DNA from: an uncultured Gemmataceae bacterium
Lineage (GTDB): Bacteria; Planctomycetota; Planctomycetia; Gemmatales; Gemmataceae
Assembly (NCBI GenBank): GCA_963750165.1
Contig: CAVVPN010000011.1
Location: forward strand, 768,001-832,000
DNA length: 64,000 nucleotides
Direction of reading: 5' to 3'
Made by a program: the position numbers and the translations under genes. Under the pieces are notes generated by a model. That model saw nothing but the letters and a program-made list of their open reading frames with translations, had not been told where the DNA came from and did not search any database. Position 1 is the first letter of the stretch. Every line of letters begins with the position of its first letter. Positions 62,477 to 64,000 of the stretch are shown here, piece by piece.

Positions 62477-64000
62477 CTACTGGTTCCGGAACAGTTCGCT
62501 CTGCACGAGCGCGTGAACCAGGCTGCGAACGCCATACCGCCTTCCCCGCGCCGCGTCGAGGATGCGCTCAACCTCGCCCCGGTCGGAAAACCGCACCGGC
62601 GCGCCGGTGGCGTAGACCGTCAGCTGCCGGACCAGGTTCCGCGCGATCGGCGCCTCGTCCTGCACCAACAGCTTCCTGAGTTCGCGCACGTCCTTGAACG
62701 GCCGGCCGTCGGGGAGCGTGCCGGCCGAATCGACCGGCAGGGCGTAATGGAATTTGAACGCCTGCCCGTTCATGCCGAAGCCCTTGACCGCGGGCACCTT
62801 GTCGGACACCGCCCGGTAGCGCGCACGGTAGCCGCCCATCACGTCGAAGCTCTCCAGCGCGAAGCCCGGCGGGTCCATCTTGCTGTGGCAGGCCGCGCAG
62901 CTCGCGCTCTGCCGGTGCTTGTCCAGCTGCTGGCGGATCGTCACCGCGCCGCGGATGTCCGGTTCGACGGCCTCGACCGACGGCGGCGGGGGCGGCGTCT
63001 CCAGCCCGAGGACGTGCTCCGTGATCCAGTGGCCGCGCAGCACCGGCGAGGTCGTCGTGCCGTTGGCGGTCACCGTGAGGACGCTGGCCTGCGTCATCAG
63101 CCCGCCGCGAAAGCTGTCGGGCGGCAACTTCACCTTGCGGAACTGGACGCCCGAGACGCCCTTGATTTGGTAATGCTCGGCCAGCCGCTCGTTCAGGAAC
63201 GTGAAGTCCGAGGCGACGACGTTCCGCGCTGGCAGGTCGGCGCGCAGCAGTTCCGCGAAGAACAGCCGCGTCTCCTCCAGCGTCGCCAGCTTCAGCGCGT
63301 CGTCGAGTTCGTAATCGTTGTACAGGGTCGTGGACGGCGCCGTGTCGTTGATCTTGCGCAGGTCGAGCCAGTAATCGGTGAACGCCTCGACGAAGCGCCG
63401 CGCCTTCGGGTCGTTCAGCAGCCGCTCGGTCTGTGCCCGCAGCACGGCCGCCTTGCTCAGCTCGCCGCGGTCCGCCAGCGTCCGCAGCGCGTCGTCCGGG
63501 GTCGAGTTCCACAGGAACAGGGACAGCCGCGTGGCCAGCGCGTGGTCGTCGAGTTTGCCCGGCCGGGCCGCGACGAACAGGAAGCCGGGCGACGACAGGA
63601 CGGCCGTGTAGGCGGTCAGCAGGGAGCGCGTGAAGCCGTGGCCCTTTTTGAACTGGTCATCGTACAGCGCCAGGAATCGCTGCACGTCGGCCTCGGCGAC
63701 CGGACGGCGATACGCCTTCTTCAGGAACGAGCGCAGCAACCGCTCGGCGTCCATGCGCGGCGCCTTGGATTCAACCTCGTAGGGGGCTTCGCGCACCGGG
63801 GGGCGGCCGAACCCCTTCCCCTTCGGCCCACCTTTTTTCGGGCCGGCTGCCGGGTCCGGGCCGAGTTCCAGCAGGACGCCCGTCCGCGCCTCCTTCGACG
63901 GCACCAGCGGCAACTGGTCGAACAACAACCGATAGCCCACGCCGCCCACCGGGTCGTCGAAGAACGGGCCCTCGATCTCGATCCACTGCACGGCGTAGCC
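62477..64000 (-). CDS. DUF1592/1588/1585/1595-domain (PSD/PSCyt) protein, 5' end outside the window
   Basis: LATRLSLFLWNSTPDD, TSPVLRG.WI, CAACH, DPPGFALESFD. Confidence 0.93.
   Translation of the reverse strand, partial: GYAVQWIEIEGPFFDDPVGGVGYRLLFDQLPLVPSKEARTGVLLELGPDPAAGPKKGGPKGKGFGRPPVREAPYEVESKAPRMDAERLLRSFLKKAYRRPVAEADVQRFLALYDDQFKKGHGFTRSLLTAYTAVLSSPGFLFVAARPGKLDDHALATRLSLFLWNSTPDDALRTLADRGELSKAAVLRAQTERLLNDPKARRFVEAFTDYWLDLRKINDTAPSTTLYNDYELDDALKLATLEETRLFFAELLRADLPARNVVASDFTFLNERLAEHYQIKGVSGVQFRKVKLPPDSFRGGLMTQASVLTVTANGTTTSPVLRGHWITEHVLGLETPPPPPSVEAVEPDIRGAVTIRQQLDKHRQSASCAACHSKMDPPGFALESFDVMGGYRARYRAVSDKVPAVKGFGMNGQAFKFHYALPVDSAGTLPDGRPFKDVRELRKLLVQDEAPIARNLVRQLTVYATGAPVRFSDRGEVERILDAARGRRYGVRSLVHALVQSELFRNQ

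Overview
GC-rich bacterial DNA, most likely a planctomycete (Gemmataceae-like), judged from the ECF-sigma/Ser-Thr kinase pair, the LEDR-motif surface protein and the DUF1592/DUF1552 genes. About 1-10 kb is host core: secretin N-domain protein, TPR protein, Flp pilin, a giant acidic-repeat/TPR membrane protein and larE. The rest is largely accessory. (1) A ~12.3 kb island at tRNA-Phe is bounded by a 50-bp direct repeat and carries a tyrosine integrase, Xis-like HTH and DUF3987. Its cargo looks like conflict genes: SWIM plus a small ART-fold protein, a ~220-bp palindrome, an Abi-NTD/Vsr-like nuclease, and an EAD1 protein paired with an EAD1-trypsin. (2) An ECF sigma factor precedes a kinase with 21 WD40 repeats. 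(3) A group II intron has its RT split at the KFF/DTLD motif by a ~2.46 kb large-serine-recombinase element. Excision would restore the RT in frame, and the excised circle would fuse an RBS+ATG from the element's right end onto the start-less ORF at its left end; this is the most striking signal. (4) A ~6.7 kb integrase-less insert between DUF1592 and DUF1552 carries a DUF4365-like nuclease pair, a MITE, an IS and an AbiGi-like gene. Many genes have single frameshifts that may be consensus errors. Family assignments come from motif recognition by eye; no searches were run.
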